DNA of 32,552 nucleotides from a virus (IMGVR_UViG_3300006735_000115:1-32552); one strand, 5' to 3'. Shown: positions 16,482 through 25,322, counted from the first letter of the stretch. Made by a program: numbers and translations. The notes: generated by a model from the letters alone, not told the origin.

Positions 16482-17077
16482 TGCAGACCAAGACCCTTGA
16501 CGCCAGCCTTGAGTCGGACGGGATCAAGGTTGATGCCGTGATCTCGACCGAGAGCATTGATCGGGACGGCGAAGTCCTGATTGCTCAAGGCATGGATTCG
16601 AGTGAGTACGACGACAATCCTGTCGTCTTCTATAACCACGATTATGCTCAGCCGATCGGACAGGTCACGAACCTGCGAAGAGGCAAGGACAAGGTTGAGG
16701 CCACCATCAAGTTCGCCAAGAGGCCCGACGATTTCCAAGGCTCATATTTCCCTGAGTTCGTCGAATCCTTGGTCCAGCAAGGCATCGTCAAAGGCATCAG
16801 CGTCGGGTTTGTGCCAAAGCCTGGCGGCGTCCGAAAGGCGTCAGCCAAGGATCGAGAATCCTACGGCGACGATGTCCAGCAGGTCTATTCACAGTGGAAG
16901 CTGCTTGAGGTCTCGGTGGCCCCTCTCCCCGCTAACGGTCGAGCTTTGGTCTCTGCTGTGCGGAAGGGGTTAGTTGACCAAGCTGAAGCCAAGAAGTGGA
17001 TAGGCTGCGAAGCCAGCAGTGCGAAGCACGTGATTGAGGTCCAAGTTCCAAAGCGTGGCCTTATGGACAAGTTTTGA
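16478..17077 (+). CDS. Prohead maturation protease (HK97 family)
   Basis: DRDGE, NPVVFYNHD..PIG, GISVGF and LLEVSVAPLPAN motifs. Confidence 0.93.
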   Translation: MMQTKTLDASLESDGIKVDAVISTESIDRDGEVLIAQGMDSSEYDDNPVVFYNHDYAQPIGQVTNLRRGKDKVEATIKFAKRPDDFQGSYFPEFVESLVQQGIVKGISVGFVPKPGGVRKASAKDRESYGDDVQQVYSQWKLLEVSVAPLPANGRALVSAVRKGLVDQAEAKKWIGCEASSAKHVIEVQVPKRGLMDKF

Positions 17078-17188
17078 GTATTTAGTGATCAAGGAGCCTG
17101 AGCGCAGAGGCGAAAGGTCTGGAGCGAGAGGCACAGCGGAAGATCACATTTTTCCTATTCAACGAACACAACAAACGGGAACAATCCC

Positions 17189-18625
17189 ATGCGAATCGTG
17201 ACTCTCGCGGAGGCCCAAGCGGACCTCCAGAACATTGCCAACCAAGTCGGCTCCAGTCGTTTCATCAAGGCCAAGGGCCTTTACCTCGACAAGGTCATGG
17301 TCACTGCCGAAGACGGCAAGCCCATGTCTGCTGAAGATCTTGAGGTCCATGTGGCCCCCAAGGCGATGCAGGAAGAAGAGGAAGAAATGAAGACGATGGA
17401 GGAAGACGAGGACAAGGAAGACAAGATGGAGGAAGAGGAGGAAGAGGAAAAGCGTACATACAAGGGACTGAGCCACCGCAAGGCTCGACAAAAGGCTTTT
17501 GCTGCCCCGATGGTTGGAAAGGGCCGGAACCACTACAGTGGCCGTGTCAAGAACTTCAAGGACAACCACAACGGTGACGCTGTGGACAAGGCCCTCGCGT
17601 TCGGTCACTGGCTCAACGCACAGATGGGGCACCGCAAGAGCCTCGCCTTCTGCGAGCGGAATGACCTGCACCTCAAGGCGCACACCGAAGGCGTCAACAG
17701 TGCTGGCGGCTTCCTCGTCCCTGAAGTCTTTGAGACTGAACTGATCAGCCTTCGGGAAGAGTTCGGCGTGGCGCGAGCCAACTGCCGGATTCGTCCGATG
17801 ACCACTGACGTTCACCGCATCCCGCGACGGTCGGCGACCCTGACCCCGTACTTTGTCGGTGAGGCCAGTGCGATCACTGAAAGCACCCAGACCTTTGAGC
17901 AGGTCTCGCTCGTCGCTAAGAAGCTCGCCTGTATCACGACCATCTCGTCCGAGCTTGATGAGGATGCGTTCCTCAACATCAGTGATGACGTTGCGGGTGA
18001 AATCGCCTACGCCTTTGCCAAGCGCGAAGACGAGTGCCTGTTCCTTGGTGACGGCACCTCGACCTACGGCGGAATTGTTGGTCTTGCCGACTCGATGGGT
18101 ACGGCTGGCTCTGTTGATACCACCGAACTCAACACCACCGTCGGTGATGTCGCGTCGGCCGACGCCATCGCTGACCTCACCAAGCTCATGGCTCTGCTTC
18201 CGCAGTACGCCGACAACGCTCGCACTGCCTGGTACATGCACAAGTCGGTGTTCCACGCCTACGCCGAACGCGCTTCTCGCCTGCAAGGTGGCAACGACTT
18301 CCAGCAGACCCTTGGTGGCAAGTATGTCCCGACTCTGTTCGGATATCCGGTCCACTTCTCGCAGGTTCTCCCGAACAGCACTGACCACACCGACGAAAAG
18401 AAGCTGCTTTACTTCGGCGACCTTTCCCTGGCTGCCTCGTTCGGCGATCGTCGTTCGACCACCATCCAGGTCTCGGAACATGCCACGATCAACAGCGGCA
18501 ACGTCTTCGAGCAGGACGAGATCGCCATCCGTGGAACCGAGCGGTTCGATATCAACTGTCACGACACTGGTGATGGCAACGACGCCGGACCGATTGTGGC
18601 CCTCCTCATCAAGGACGAAAGCTGA
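17189..18625 (+). CDS. Major capsid protein (HK97 fold) with N-terminal acidic scaffold/delta region
   Basis: KAHTEGVNSAGGFLVPE, KKLA...SSEL, LFGDG-like, TLFGYPV and YFGDLS motifs; lies after the protease. Confidence 0.95.
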   Translation: MRIVTLAEAQADLQNIANQVGSSRFIKAKGLYLDKVMVTAEDGKPMSAEDLEVHVAPKAMQEEEEEMKTMEEDEDKEDKMEEEEEEEKRTYKGLSHRKARQKAFAAPMVGKGRNHYSGRVKNFKDNHNGDAVDKALAFGHWLNAQMGHRKSLAFCERNDLHLKAHTEGVNSAGGFLVPEVFETELISLREEFGVARANCRIRPMTTDVHRIPRRSATLTPYFVGEASAITESTQTFEQVSLVAKKLACITTISSELDEDAFLNISDDVAGEIAYAFAKREDECLFLGDGTSTYGGIVGLADSMGTAGSVDTTELNTTVGDVASADAIADLTKLMALLPQYADNARTAWYMHKSVFHAYAERASRLQGGNDFQQTLGGKYVPTLFGYPVHFSQVLPNSTDHTDEKKLLYFGDLSLAASFGDRRSTTIQVSEHATINSGNVFEQDEIAIRGTERFDINCHDTGDGNDAGPIVALLIKDES

Positions 18626-18646
18626 TTCAGCTAAGGAACCACTTTC

Positions 18647-19099
18647 ATGATTCACTCACAAAACACAAAGTTCGTTAACGTCTTGGACCCAGTCTCGCTT
18701 TCGGCTGCTCCGGTCGCGATGGACAACTCGATTGACACCGCAGGCTACGATTACTGCACAATCATCTTTTCGATGGGCTCGATCAATGGTGCCTTCTCGG
18801 AGCTCCATCTCGAGCAAGCGGATGACAATTCTACTTTCGTCACGACTGGCGTGGCAGGATTTGACTTCTCTGGCGGCATCGAGTCCGATGGGACTACGGC
18901 AGCGCTTCCTGCTGGCACTGACGATGACAAGATGATGGTCTTTGAAGTTGATCTTCGTGGCCTAAAGCGATACCTTCGCGTCGAGGCCACTTCGGCCGGT
19001 TCGGCTAACTTGACTTCTTGCGTTGCGATTCTGTCGCGAGCAAGCGAGACCTCGAACGTCCCAGCCGATCGCGGCTGCTTGGGTATCATCACCGGCTGA
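18647..19099 (+). CDS. Putative capsid decoration/cement protein (paralogue 1)
   Basis: Directly after MCP with AAGGA RBS; IDTAGY..., LEQADD and KRYLRV jelly-roll-like motifs. Confidence 0.7.
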   Translation: MIHSQNTKFVNVLDPVSLSAAPVAMDNSIDTAGYDYCTIIFSMGSINGAFSELHLEQADDNSTFVTTGVAGFDFSGGIESDGTTAALPAGTDDDKMMVFEVDLRGLKRYLRVEATSAGSANLTSCVAILSRASETSNVPADRGCLGIITG

Positions 19100-19114
19100 G
19101 AACCTTTCTTTTTG

Positions 19115-19145
19115 GACCCTTGCCCCCCCTTGGGGGGCAGGGGTC
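19115..19145 (+). terminator. Strong GC hairpin after the capsid/decoration genes (terminator or mRNA stabiliser)
   Basis: GACCCTTGCCCCCC-CTT-GGGGGGCAGGGGTC, 14-bp stem with one G-U pair; weak downstream U tract. Confidence 0.6.
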
Positions 19146-19158
19146 TATTGCTGAGGAA

Positions 19159-19674
19159 ATGATGCGACGTTCACAAAACTACCACTTCCGTCCTGCGTTT
19201 CTTGGTGACTGCGGCACTTCTAGTGTTTCTTCAGTCATCGACACCCAAGGTTATGTTGAATGTGTCTGGCTGATTAACTTTGACTGTGCATCTTGGCCCG
19301 ATGACACCGTGACAGACTCAATCACTGGCTTGCTCATCACCGGATCGGATAATTCTGACGGCACGACAGGCGCGGAGACTCTGTATAGCGCAGGAGGAAC
19401 AAAGGTGACATCCGGTGCTACTTCAACGCTACCTGGCGACAAGGACATGCGGGTCATCTCGATTCGGCTAGATCCTTCATTGCCAAAACGGCGATATCAA
19501 CGGCTGACGATGGCATGTAATCAAGCGTCATCGTCTTCGGTCAAGATGTTCGCAGTGTGCGCCCTTCAGCACAACGGGCAGTATGCAATGACCAACGAAT
19601 TGTGTGCAGGCACCAATGGCGAGGCAGTCATCGGCCGAGTTCCTACCACACCTGGAGGCACGTTTGTCCAATGA
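19159..19674 (+). CDS. Putative decoration protein (paralogue 2)
   Basis: SQN.., VIDTQGY.EC, LPG.DKD, KRRYQRL and AVCAL align by eye with 18647-19099; GAGGA RBS. Confidence 0.65.
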   Translation: MMRRSQNYHFRPAFLGDCGTSSVSSVIDTQGYVECVWLINFDCASWPDDTVTDSITGLLITGSDNSDGTTGAETLYSAGGTKVTSGATSTLPGDKDMRVISIRLDPSLPKRRYQRLTMACNQASSSSVKMFAVCALQHNGQYAMTNELCAGTNGEAVIGRVPTTPGGTFVQ

Positions 19675-20168
19675 GGCAGTACCTACAATTCAGATGCGTC
19701 CAAGGTCGCAAGCCGCAGGCAGGAAACGCCGGATCATTCAACATCGTCGAACTCGACAAGTACGAAGAAGTCATCATGGTCATGGGCTACAACGCAAGCT
19801 CTGACCCTGGCCGTCCTTTTGGTTTGTCCAACGGCACGAACACCCTCGCCGACAGAGCCATGTTCTGTCAATTTGACGAGGGCAATCTGGGGTCGGCAGT
19901 TGCCAACACTGCGGTAACCGTCGAGGGTACGACGTGTGCCAATCTAAGCACAGGGAACAGTCTGCGAGTCGCCTACCTTGATTCGAGGATATCGACTGGG
20001 GTTGCTACGTCAGAGGGTGAAGGTTCACCGGCTTTGCGGACAGCATGTTTTGGCCTTTGCTTCTTGCCAAACACATACGATGAACTTGATCCAGAGGACA
20101 ACGCATGGTCCAACGCTGTGCCTGGCGATGCCCTCTCTGAAGTTGGCGAAGTGGTCAGGATTGACTGA
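19671..20168 (+). CDS. Putative decoration protein (diverged paralogue 3) / structural protein
   Basis: Similar size and layout (Q..F, VELDKYEEV, terminal C..L.F segment, GEVV); weaker similarity. Confidence 0.5.
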   Translation: MRQYLQFRCVQGRKPQAGNAGSFNIVELDKYEEVIMVMGYNASSDPGRPFGLSNGTNTLADRAMFCQFDEGNLGSAVANTAVTVEGTTCANLSTGNSLRVAYLDSRISTGVATSEGEGSPALRTACFGLCFLPNTYDELDPEDNAWSNAVPGDALSEVGEVVRID

Positions 20169-21037
20169 TGGCAGTAAGCACACACGCATTGACAACCTTG
20201 GCGGGGCTAAAGGCTTGGCTTGGAATTACCGTATCGACCTATGACTCAGTCCTTGAGGCGTCAATCGATAGGGCTACGTCAATGATCGAGAGCTATACCG
20301 GAAGGAAGCTCAAGGCCCGCGATTTTTACGAGTGGCACAATGGAGACGGCAGCAAGACGGTCTTGCTCGATCAGTACCCGATAGTGAGGATGTATCGAGT
20401 CGGCTACGGTCACCAGACGGCCTTCACGATTGAAAGCAGTGTTTCGACAGACCTCGAGCTCACCTTCATGGTTGACAGTGACGAGGCGCATCTTCGCAGG
20501 ATTGAGCAAGGCGGAACTCTCGCGGAGAGTACGTTCGATCTGACGAGCTCTTCGTACAACAACACATCCAAGCTGGCCTCAGCAATCACAGCCTTGACGG
20601 GCTTCACTGCCAACCTGACGACCAATGTGCCATCTAGGAATCTGCACAGGATCGGCGGCATCGACCTGATCAGAAATGGGCCAGTCCACATCTCATATGT
20701 TTCCGAAGCTGACGGCGAGTACCGGCTTGATCATGAGCGAGGCATCGTCTACATGCGAGACGTGAACACCCATCGAGGGTTTGGTTCTGGCGAAAGCGGC
20801 AGGTTCCCTCGAGTTCGTCAAAGTGTCCTGATTCACTACAAGGCTGGATTTTCTACTGTTCCTGATGACCTCGAGCGTGCCTGTATTGAGATCGCTGCGG
20901 AGATGTATCAGTCACGCTTATCGGAGAGAAATGTGACAAGCGAGACCTTGGGTGATTACACCTACAGCAAAGAAAGCCAAGTCAGCATGTTGGAGAAGCG
21001 TGCTTTTCTTCTTGACCAATACCGAGACATTCGTTGA
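20168..21037 (+). CDS. Head-tail connector (gp6/gp15-like) with internal insertion
   Basis: LTTLAGLKAWLGI, IESYTGRKL, YKAGFSTVPDDLERAC and SETLGDYTYS motifs. Confidence 0.85.
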   Translation: MAVSTHALTTLAGLKAWLGITVSTYDSVLEASIDRATSMIESYTGRKLKARDFYEWHNGDGSKTVLLDQYPIVRMYRVGYGHQTAFTIESSVSTDLELTFMVDSDEAHLRRIEQGGTLAESTFDLTSSSYNNTSKLASAITALTGFTANLTTNVPSRNLHRIGGIDLIRNGPVHISYVSEADGEYRLDHERGIVYMRDVNTHRGFGSGESGRFPRVRQSVLIHYKAGFSTVPDDLERACIEIAAEMYQSRLSERNVTSETLGDYTYSKESQVSMLEKRAFLLDQYRDIR

Positions 21038-21381
21038 GCGTTTCCACGTTGATTGACAAGTACGGTCAATCCGTTTCTCATGGAACGGTCAGCAATTCCA
21101 CCGATGCTGTTGGCGGAACCGTCGAGTCTTGGACCTATGCCACAGCGGAGACCGCGCTTGTGCAGATCGAGGGAGGGACTGATTCGGTTGTTGGTGGAAG
21201 CGAAGCTAGGGGAAGAACCGCTGTCTTCTTTTTCCCTTCAGGAAAATCTATTTCGTACAACGACCGGATCAGGTACGCAGGGGCTGACTTTGAAGTCCGC
21301 TCAGTAAAGATCCCCCATGAGCGGCCTACAACTGACCGGCTTTCTTACGTCATCGTTCGTGCCGAGCAGGTTCTGACATGA
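21034..21381 (+). CDS. Head closure / head-tail adaptor (gp16-like)
   Basis: DAVGG...W and DRIRY.G..FEV motifs; synteny. Confidence 0.75.
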   Translation: MSVSTLIDKYGQSVSHGTVSNSTDAVGGTVESWTYATAETALVQIEGGTDSVVGGSEARGRTAVFFFPSGKSISYNDRIRYAGADFEVRSVKIPHERPTTDRLSYVIVRAEQVLT

Positions 21382-21914
21382 GCAAATCAGCAAAGGTCAC
21401 AACCAACTTCAGGCCAGCACAAACCGCCGATCAGGTCACAGATCGGATGGCGGATCTAGTCAACGAGATCCAGAGGACGCTTCAGAAAAATATGAAGCTC
21501 CGGATCAACGACAAGTATCCGCCAGCTTCGGTCAGTCCCAACCCACCGCACAAACGAACCGGAAACTTGGGCCGATCCATCTTGACTGACAGGGTCCGAA
21601 AGTTTGGATCCAGGAAAAGGGTCGGCCTTGTCCGGATTGACGCTCCGTATGCCAGGCCGCTTGAGTTCGGCGCAAGTCTTCCAGGCGGTCAGCCCTACTT
21701 CTACCACAAGAAGGAAGGGCGAATTGTCTACGTCAAGAGGTCAAAGCGAGGCCAAAGAAAATACAAGCTCACAAAGCCTGGAGTGCTGGAACCACGGCCC
21801 TTTGTTGAACCGTCAGTCAGAGAGGTCCGGAAGCAGATTCCTCGCAAGGTCAGGGACTTTGTTGTCAACGTCCGCCGATCCATACGGACTTCGGCGTCGA
21901 GGAGGCTGGCATGA
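21378..21914 (+). CDS. Neck protein (HK97 gp10-like)
   Basis: RTGNLGRSI, APYARPLEFG and PRPFVEPS motifs. Confidence 0.8.
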   Translation: MSKSAKVTTNFRPAQTADQVTDRMADLVNEIQRTLQKNMKLRINDKYPPASVSPNPPHKRTGNLGRSILTDRVRKFGSRKRVGLVRIDAPYARPLEFGASLPGGQPYFYHKKEGRIVYVKRSKRGQRKYKLTKPGVLEPRPFVEPSVREVRKQIPRKVRDFVVNVRRSIRTSASRRLA

Positions 21915-22315
21915 CTGTCGAGTTGATGAAGGCAATCTATACAAAGTTGACCACCACAAACGCATTCAAGACTGCGGTTGGCAGTCGAATCTTTGCTGTC
22001 CAAGCACCTTCTGAGACGGCTTTCCCTGTTTGCATTTACAACTTGGAAGAGGTCAACACCCAGCGTTTCTTTGACGGTAGAGTCCAGCAACGCGGCATCA
22101 TCGCGATCGGCATTTTTGACAAGTCCGACAGTGGTGCGGATTCGATAGTAGATAAGGAGAAGCTGCTTTTCGCGCTCTTGGATGAGGCGTCTGTGTCGGT
22201 GACGGACCATGACAGGGGATTCATTCGTGGCATGACCAGAGGTACTCCTTCAATCGAGGGCGAGCTTCTACAACTGGAATCGACGTTTGAAATAGTTTCA
22301 ACGTCATCAACTTGA
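21911..22315 (+). CDS. Tail terminator / tail completion protein (DUF3168-like)
   Basis: KAIYTKL...VGSRIF..QAP....P...Y motif; synteny. Confidence 0.8.
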   Translation: MTVELMKAIYTKLTTTNAFKTAVGSRIFAVQAPSETAFPVCIYNLEEVNTQRFFDGRVQQRGIIAIGIFDKSDSGADSIVDKEKLLFALLDEASVSVTDHDRGFIRGMTRGTPSIEGELLQLESTFEIVSTSST

Positions 22316-22327
22316 CGGGATACATTC

Positions 22328-22759
22328 ATGGGAACGACAGTCGCAATTGGATCTGATGGAAGTTGCACGCTGCCATCTGGATATGCCGCGCAACTCAACA
22401 CTTGGTCTGCCAGCGTGACTAGGCAGACGAGCGTCGTGACGGGGTTCGGCGATGTAGGCACCTCAAGGGTTGCCTCGAAAATCTTTGACATCACAGGATC
22501 GGCGGGTGGTTTTCCGTCCTATGACGCTTCCAACACAAGCCCGATTTCAACCTTCGCAGGGGCAAGCGGGCCAAATGGTGGCGAAGTCGTTCTCCTTGTG
22601 AATGGGAGCGATGGCGGTAGTGACGAGTGTTCTTTCACTTTCAACGCGGTATTCAGTTCGATCGCTCTTGCATCCACGCAAGACGGCGAGGCGACGGTCG
22701 CCTTCAACTTTGAGCTTGCTGCGAGTGCGGCTCCCGTGTTCACTTGGTTTGAAACTTGA
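22328..22759 (+). CDS. Putative tail tube protein (paralogue A)
   Basis: Position after terminator; GSDG..., W, DITGSAGG and FNFE beta-rich layout. Confidence 0.7.
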   Translation: MGTTVAIGSDGSCTLPSGYAAQLNTWSASVTRQTSVVTGFGDVGTSRVASKIFDITGSAGGFPSYDASNTSPISTFAGASGPNGGEVVLLVNGSDGGSDECSFTFNAVFSSIALASTQDGEATVAFNFELAASAAPVFTWFET

Positions 22760-22774
22760 TTCTGGAGGCGACTG

Positions 22775-23227
22775 ATGCCTGAGACTGTAGCAGTAGGATC
22801 AGATGGTAGTGCATCGATGGGGACTGGCTTCAACGCAGCCCTCAACACTTGGAGTGCCACGCTGACGCGATCGACGCATGTCATCACTCAGTTCGCGCAG
22901 ACCAGCCTTGCGCACAATCGGCGGGCTTCTGGCGTCCTTGACATCACAGGATCGGCTGGCGGTTTCCCCTTGTATGACGACGGTTCCGACACCGATGGTG
23001 ACAACGCCATCTCTCCGATCAAGCACAGCAGCACGGCCTTGGATGATCGTGGTGGCGGCACTGTGGTCCTGTATGTGGTCGAGCCGTCTGCGACGCGCTG
23101 CTCGCTGACTTTTGCCGCAGTGTTCAGTTCGTTCGCGTTTGGCGTCAGCCAAGACGGTGATTCGACGGTACAGTTCAACTTTGAAATGAATCAGGCAACT
23201 GCGCCCATCGTGGCTTGGGATACTTGA
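22775..23227 (+). CDS. Putative tail tube protein (paralogue B)
   Basis: Full-length similarity to 22328-22759; GGAGG RBS. Confidence 0.7.
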   Translation: MPETVAVGSDGSASMGTGFNAALNTWSATLTRSTHVITQFAQTSLAHNRRASGVLDITGSAGGFPLYDDGSDTDGDNAISPIKHSSTALDDRGGGTVVLYVVEPSATRCSLTFAAVFSSFAFGVSQDGDSTVQFNFEMNQATAPIVAWDT

Positions 23228-23229
23228 AC

Positions 23230-23487
23230 ATGAAAAGCAGGGAAGAAATGATCCAGATGGGGCTTCTTGTCCCCAAGAGTACGGACTGGTCGGTTGAGTT
23301 CGTGTTTCTGGATGGTACGTCACGCAAGGTCAGGGTTTCGCCTGGCACGCTTGCCGAGGACGAAGCTGTGTCTAGGGCCTGCAATCATGCGAAGGTTTTC
23401 GATCGAAGCGTTGTCAAGACGATCACCGCGCGGCGCGTGGACAAAAGCCTGAAGATCGCACCCTTCGGAATGATTCAGAAAGGATAG
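23230..23487 (+). CDS. Hypothetical protein
   Basis: ORF fills the gap between tail tube B and the chaperone. Confidence 0.6.
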   Translation: MKSREEMIQMGLLVPKSTDWSVEFVFLDGTSRKVRVSPGTLAEDEAVSRACNHAKVFDRSVVKTITARRVDKSLKIAPFGMIQKG

Positions 23488-23489
23488 GA

Positions 23490-23894
23490 ATGGGAACATC
23501 AGTTGTCAGCGTCAAGGGGTCGGTTCTTAGCGTCCCCGCTTTGTCGGTTTCTTCGATGATCGAGATGTCTCGTGTGGTTTGGGAGGAGTCAAGGCGCGAC
23601 ATCATGCGTGACCTTCATGATGTGGATGCAAGCGAGCAGACCAAGCTCGAGGCATTGCGTCAACATCGAGAAATCAAGGACCAGCCAGTCAATGTCATCC
23701 GCTGGGCTCTGACCCCCCCTGGCGCGTTGGCTGTCATTGAGCGTGCATTTGGTTCGATGCCTGAGCAGCTCAAAGACGAACCAGCAGAGTCGGTTATTAG
23801 GGTTGCGATGGCTGCCTGTGGCATTGACTGGGACGAGATGACCACGGAAAAGAGAGCCGAGGGAAAGGGCGAGCAAAGCAGCGAGACCTCGTAG
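23490..23894 (+). CDS. Tail assembly chaperone (gpG equivalent)
   Basis: Lies upstream of the tape measure; carries in-frame G GGA AAG near its 3' end. Confidence 0.8.
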   Translation: MGTSVVSVKGSVLSVPALSVSSMIEMSRVVWEESRRDIMRDLHDVDASEQTKLEALRQHREIKDQPVNVIRWALTPPGALAVIERAFGSMPEQLKDEPAESVIRVAMAACGIDWDEMTTEKRAEGKGEQSSETS

Positions 23895-24079
23895 AGGAAG
23901 CTGCTTGGTTGGCTCGCCTGTTGCCAGGCGTCGGCAACCCGATGAATCTCCCGATTGACGAGTTCAACGCTTATCTCCAGAAGTTGCCTGGAATCTTGGA
24001 AGCTGAACATGGTAAGTCATCAGAAGCTCACGACAACCGTGCCTTCGTTGAGGCGGAGATGAGAAAATTGCATGGCTAG
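23861..24079 (+). CDS. -1 frameshift extension of the tail chaperone (gpT equivalent); not in the ORF track
   Basis: Slippery heptamer GGGAAAG at 23861-23867; the -1 frame is open (GRAKQRDLVEEAAWLARLLPGVGNPMNLPIDEF...KLHG) to TAG 24077-24079, overlapping the TMP start. Confidence 0.85.
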   Translation, partial: GKGRAKQRDLVEEAAWLARLLPGVGNPMNLPIDEFNAYLQKLPGILEAEHGKSSEAHDNRAFVEAEMRKLHG

Positions 24080-25322
24080 TGATTACAACATCATCGTCGA
24101 GGTCATGGCTCAGACCGAGCAGTTCGTGAAGAACCTGCGCGCTGTCGAGTCAGAGATCCAAAGCACCGCCGACAGGTCTGTCGCGATCGTTGAGAAAGCT
24201 AGTCAGCGAGTCAACACAATCACCGCACGATCGACGGAAACGATGATCGCAGAGCAGCGGGCAATTTCAGCCGAGACCAACGCTTCCGTACAGCGTGACT
24301 TGGCGAACATGGGCAAGGCGATTGACAAGCAGAAGCCAGCAATCGCTCGCAAGGGTGCAGAAATGGGTACGGCCCTCATGCGTCAGATGGGCAACCGGAT
24401 CGCGGCGGGGGCTTCTGTTGGTTTGATACTTGGGGCAATCGACGGCGCAATGCAAGAAGCCATTGCCAAAATGAAGGGTCACGGCGAGGACTCGGGGGTC
24501 GGCTTCCTTGCGGGGTTTGGCGAGTTCGTGACCAACAACTTCCGAAAGCTACCAATCTTCGGCAGCCTGATGGACACGGTTGGCGGCGCGTTCGGTGCGT
24601 TTGGATTTGAAGCGCAACAGGCCGAGAGAGCCAAGCAGCAAGAACGATCAGCGCAATTGTCTGGTAGGGCCAGGAAGCAGGAGATGCTTCGCTTGGCAAT
24701 CTTGGAAGCACAAACTGCGGAATACGAAGCGGGACACGAAGCGACCAGGAGAGCGGCGCAAGAAGTCGAGAGGATGATGCGGGACGCCGCTGCTGGTGCC
24801 AAGATGATCGCGGACAATCGTCGCGACATGGTGGACAACGTACGAAGCGCACAAGTCAGACTCTTCAGGATTGAAAACGAAGGCAACGACGAAGCAATCA
24901 AGGCGATGGAACGAGAGCTGGAGCTCTTCGAGCAAAACCTTGACTTTGAGCGCCGAATCACAGAGGCAAGGCAAGAAGGTCGTAACTTGTTAGCGGAGGA
25001 ACTCGAGCAACACCGCGAAGCGTTGGAGCTGCTGACGCAGCAAGCACACGCTGCGGAAGATCGCAACGAAAAGCTCAGGGAAGCGAGGGAGGTTGGCGAT
25101 GCCTATCTCGAGCTTGAGGAAGCTATCGCTGACGCGCAGCTCAAGGCCAGCCAAGCAACTTCGAGCTTCTCCACTGCTGGCGGCAGCTTTGTGACAAAGG
25201 CTTCTGTTGGAGGCTTGAACGAGCAGAAGATGATGAACAAGATTTCACAGAAGTCTCAGGACATTTTGCTTGAGATCGAAGGGAACACACGAAACATCTT
25301 TTCTGGGGTAGACCTTGCCTGA
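24072..25322 (+). CDS. Tape measure protein (short, 416 aa)
   Basis: Follows G/GT; helical Ala/Glu/Gln-rich with Gly-rich hydrophobic segments; N-terminal I.VEV.A.T.QF. Confidence 0.8.
   Translation: MASDYNIIVEVMAQTEQFVKNLRAVESEIQSTADRSVAIVEKASQRVNTITARSTETMIAEQRAISAETNASVQRDLANMGKAIDKQKPAIARKGAEMGTALMRQMGNRIAAGASVGLILGAIDGAMQEAIAKMKGHGEDSGVGFLAGFGEFVTNNFRKLPIFGSLMDTVGGAFGAFGFEAQQAERAKQQERSAQLSGRARKQEMLRLAILEAQTAEYEAGHEATRRAAQEVERMMRDAAAGAKMIADNRRDMVDNVRSAQVRLFRIENEGNDEAIKAMERELELFEQNLDFERRITEARQEGRNLLAEELEQHREALELLTQQAHAAEDRNEKLREAREVGDAYLELEEAIADAQLKASQATSSFSTAGGSFVTKASVGGLNEQKMMNKISQKSQDILLEIEGNTRNIFSGVDLA

Noticed and set aside
17370-17450. Purine-rich GAR repeat tract
   Set aside because: It encodes the acidic scaffold-like region of the MCP N-terminus.
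17853-18650. 265-aa alternative-frame + strand ORF inside the MCP gene
   Set aside because: Ser/Pro/Arg/Thr-rich composition typical of off-frame translation in GC-rich DNA.
17159-18655. 498-aa minus-strand ORF antisense to the major capsid gene
   Set aside because: It mirrors the MCP codon frame and has no recognisable motifs; this is the expected shadow ORF of a strongly codon-biased gene.
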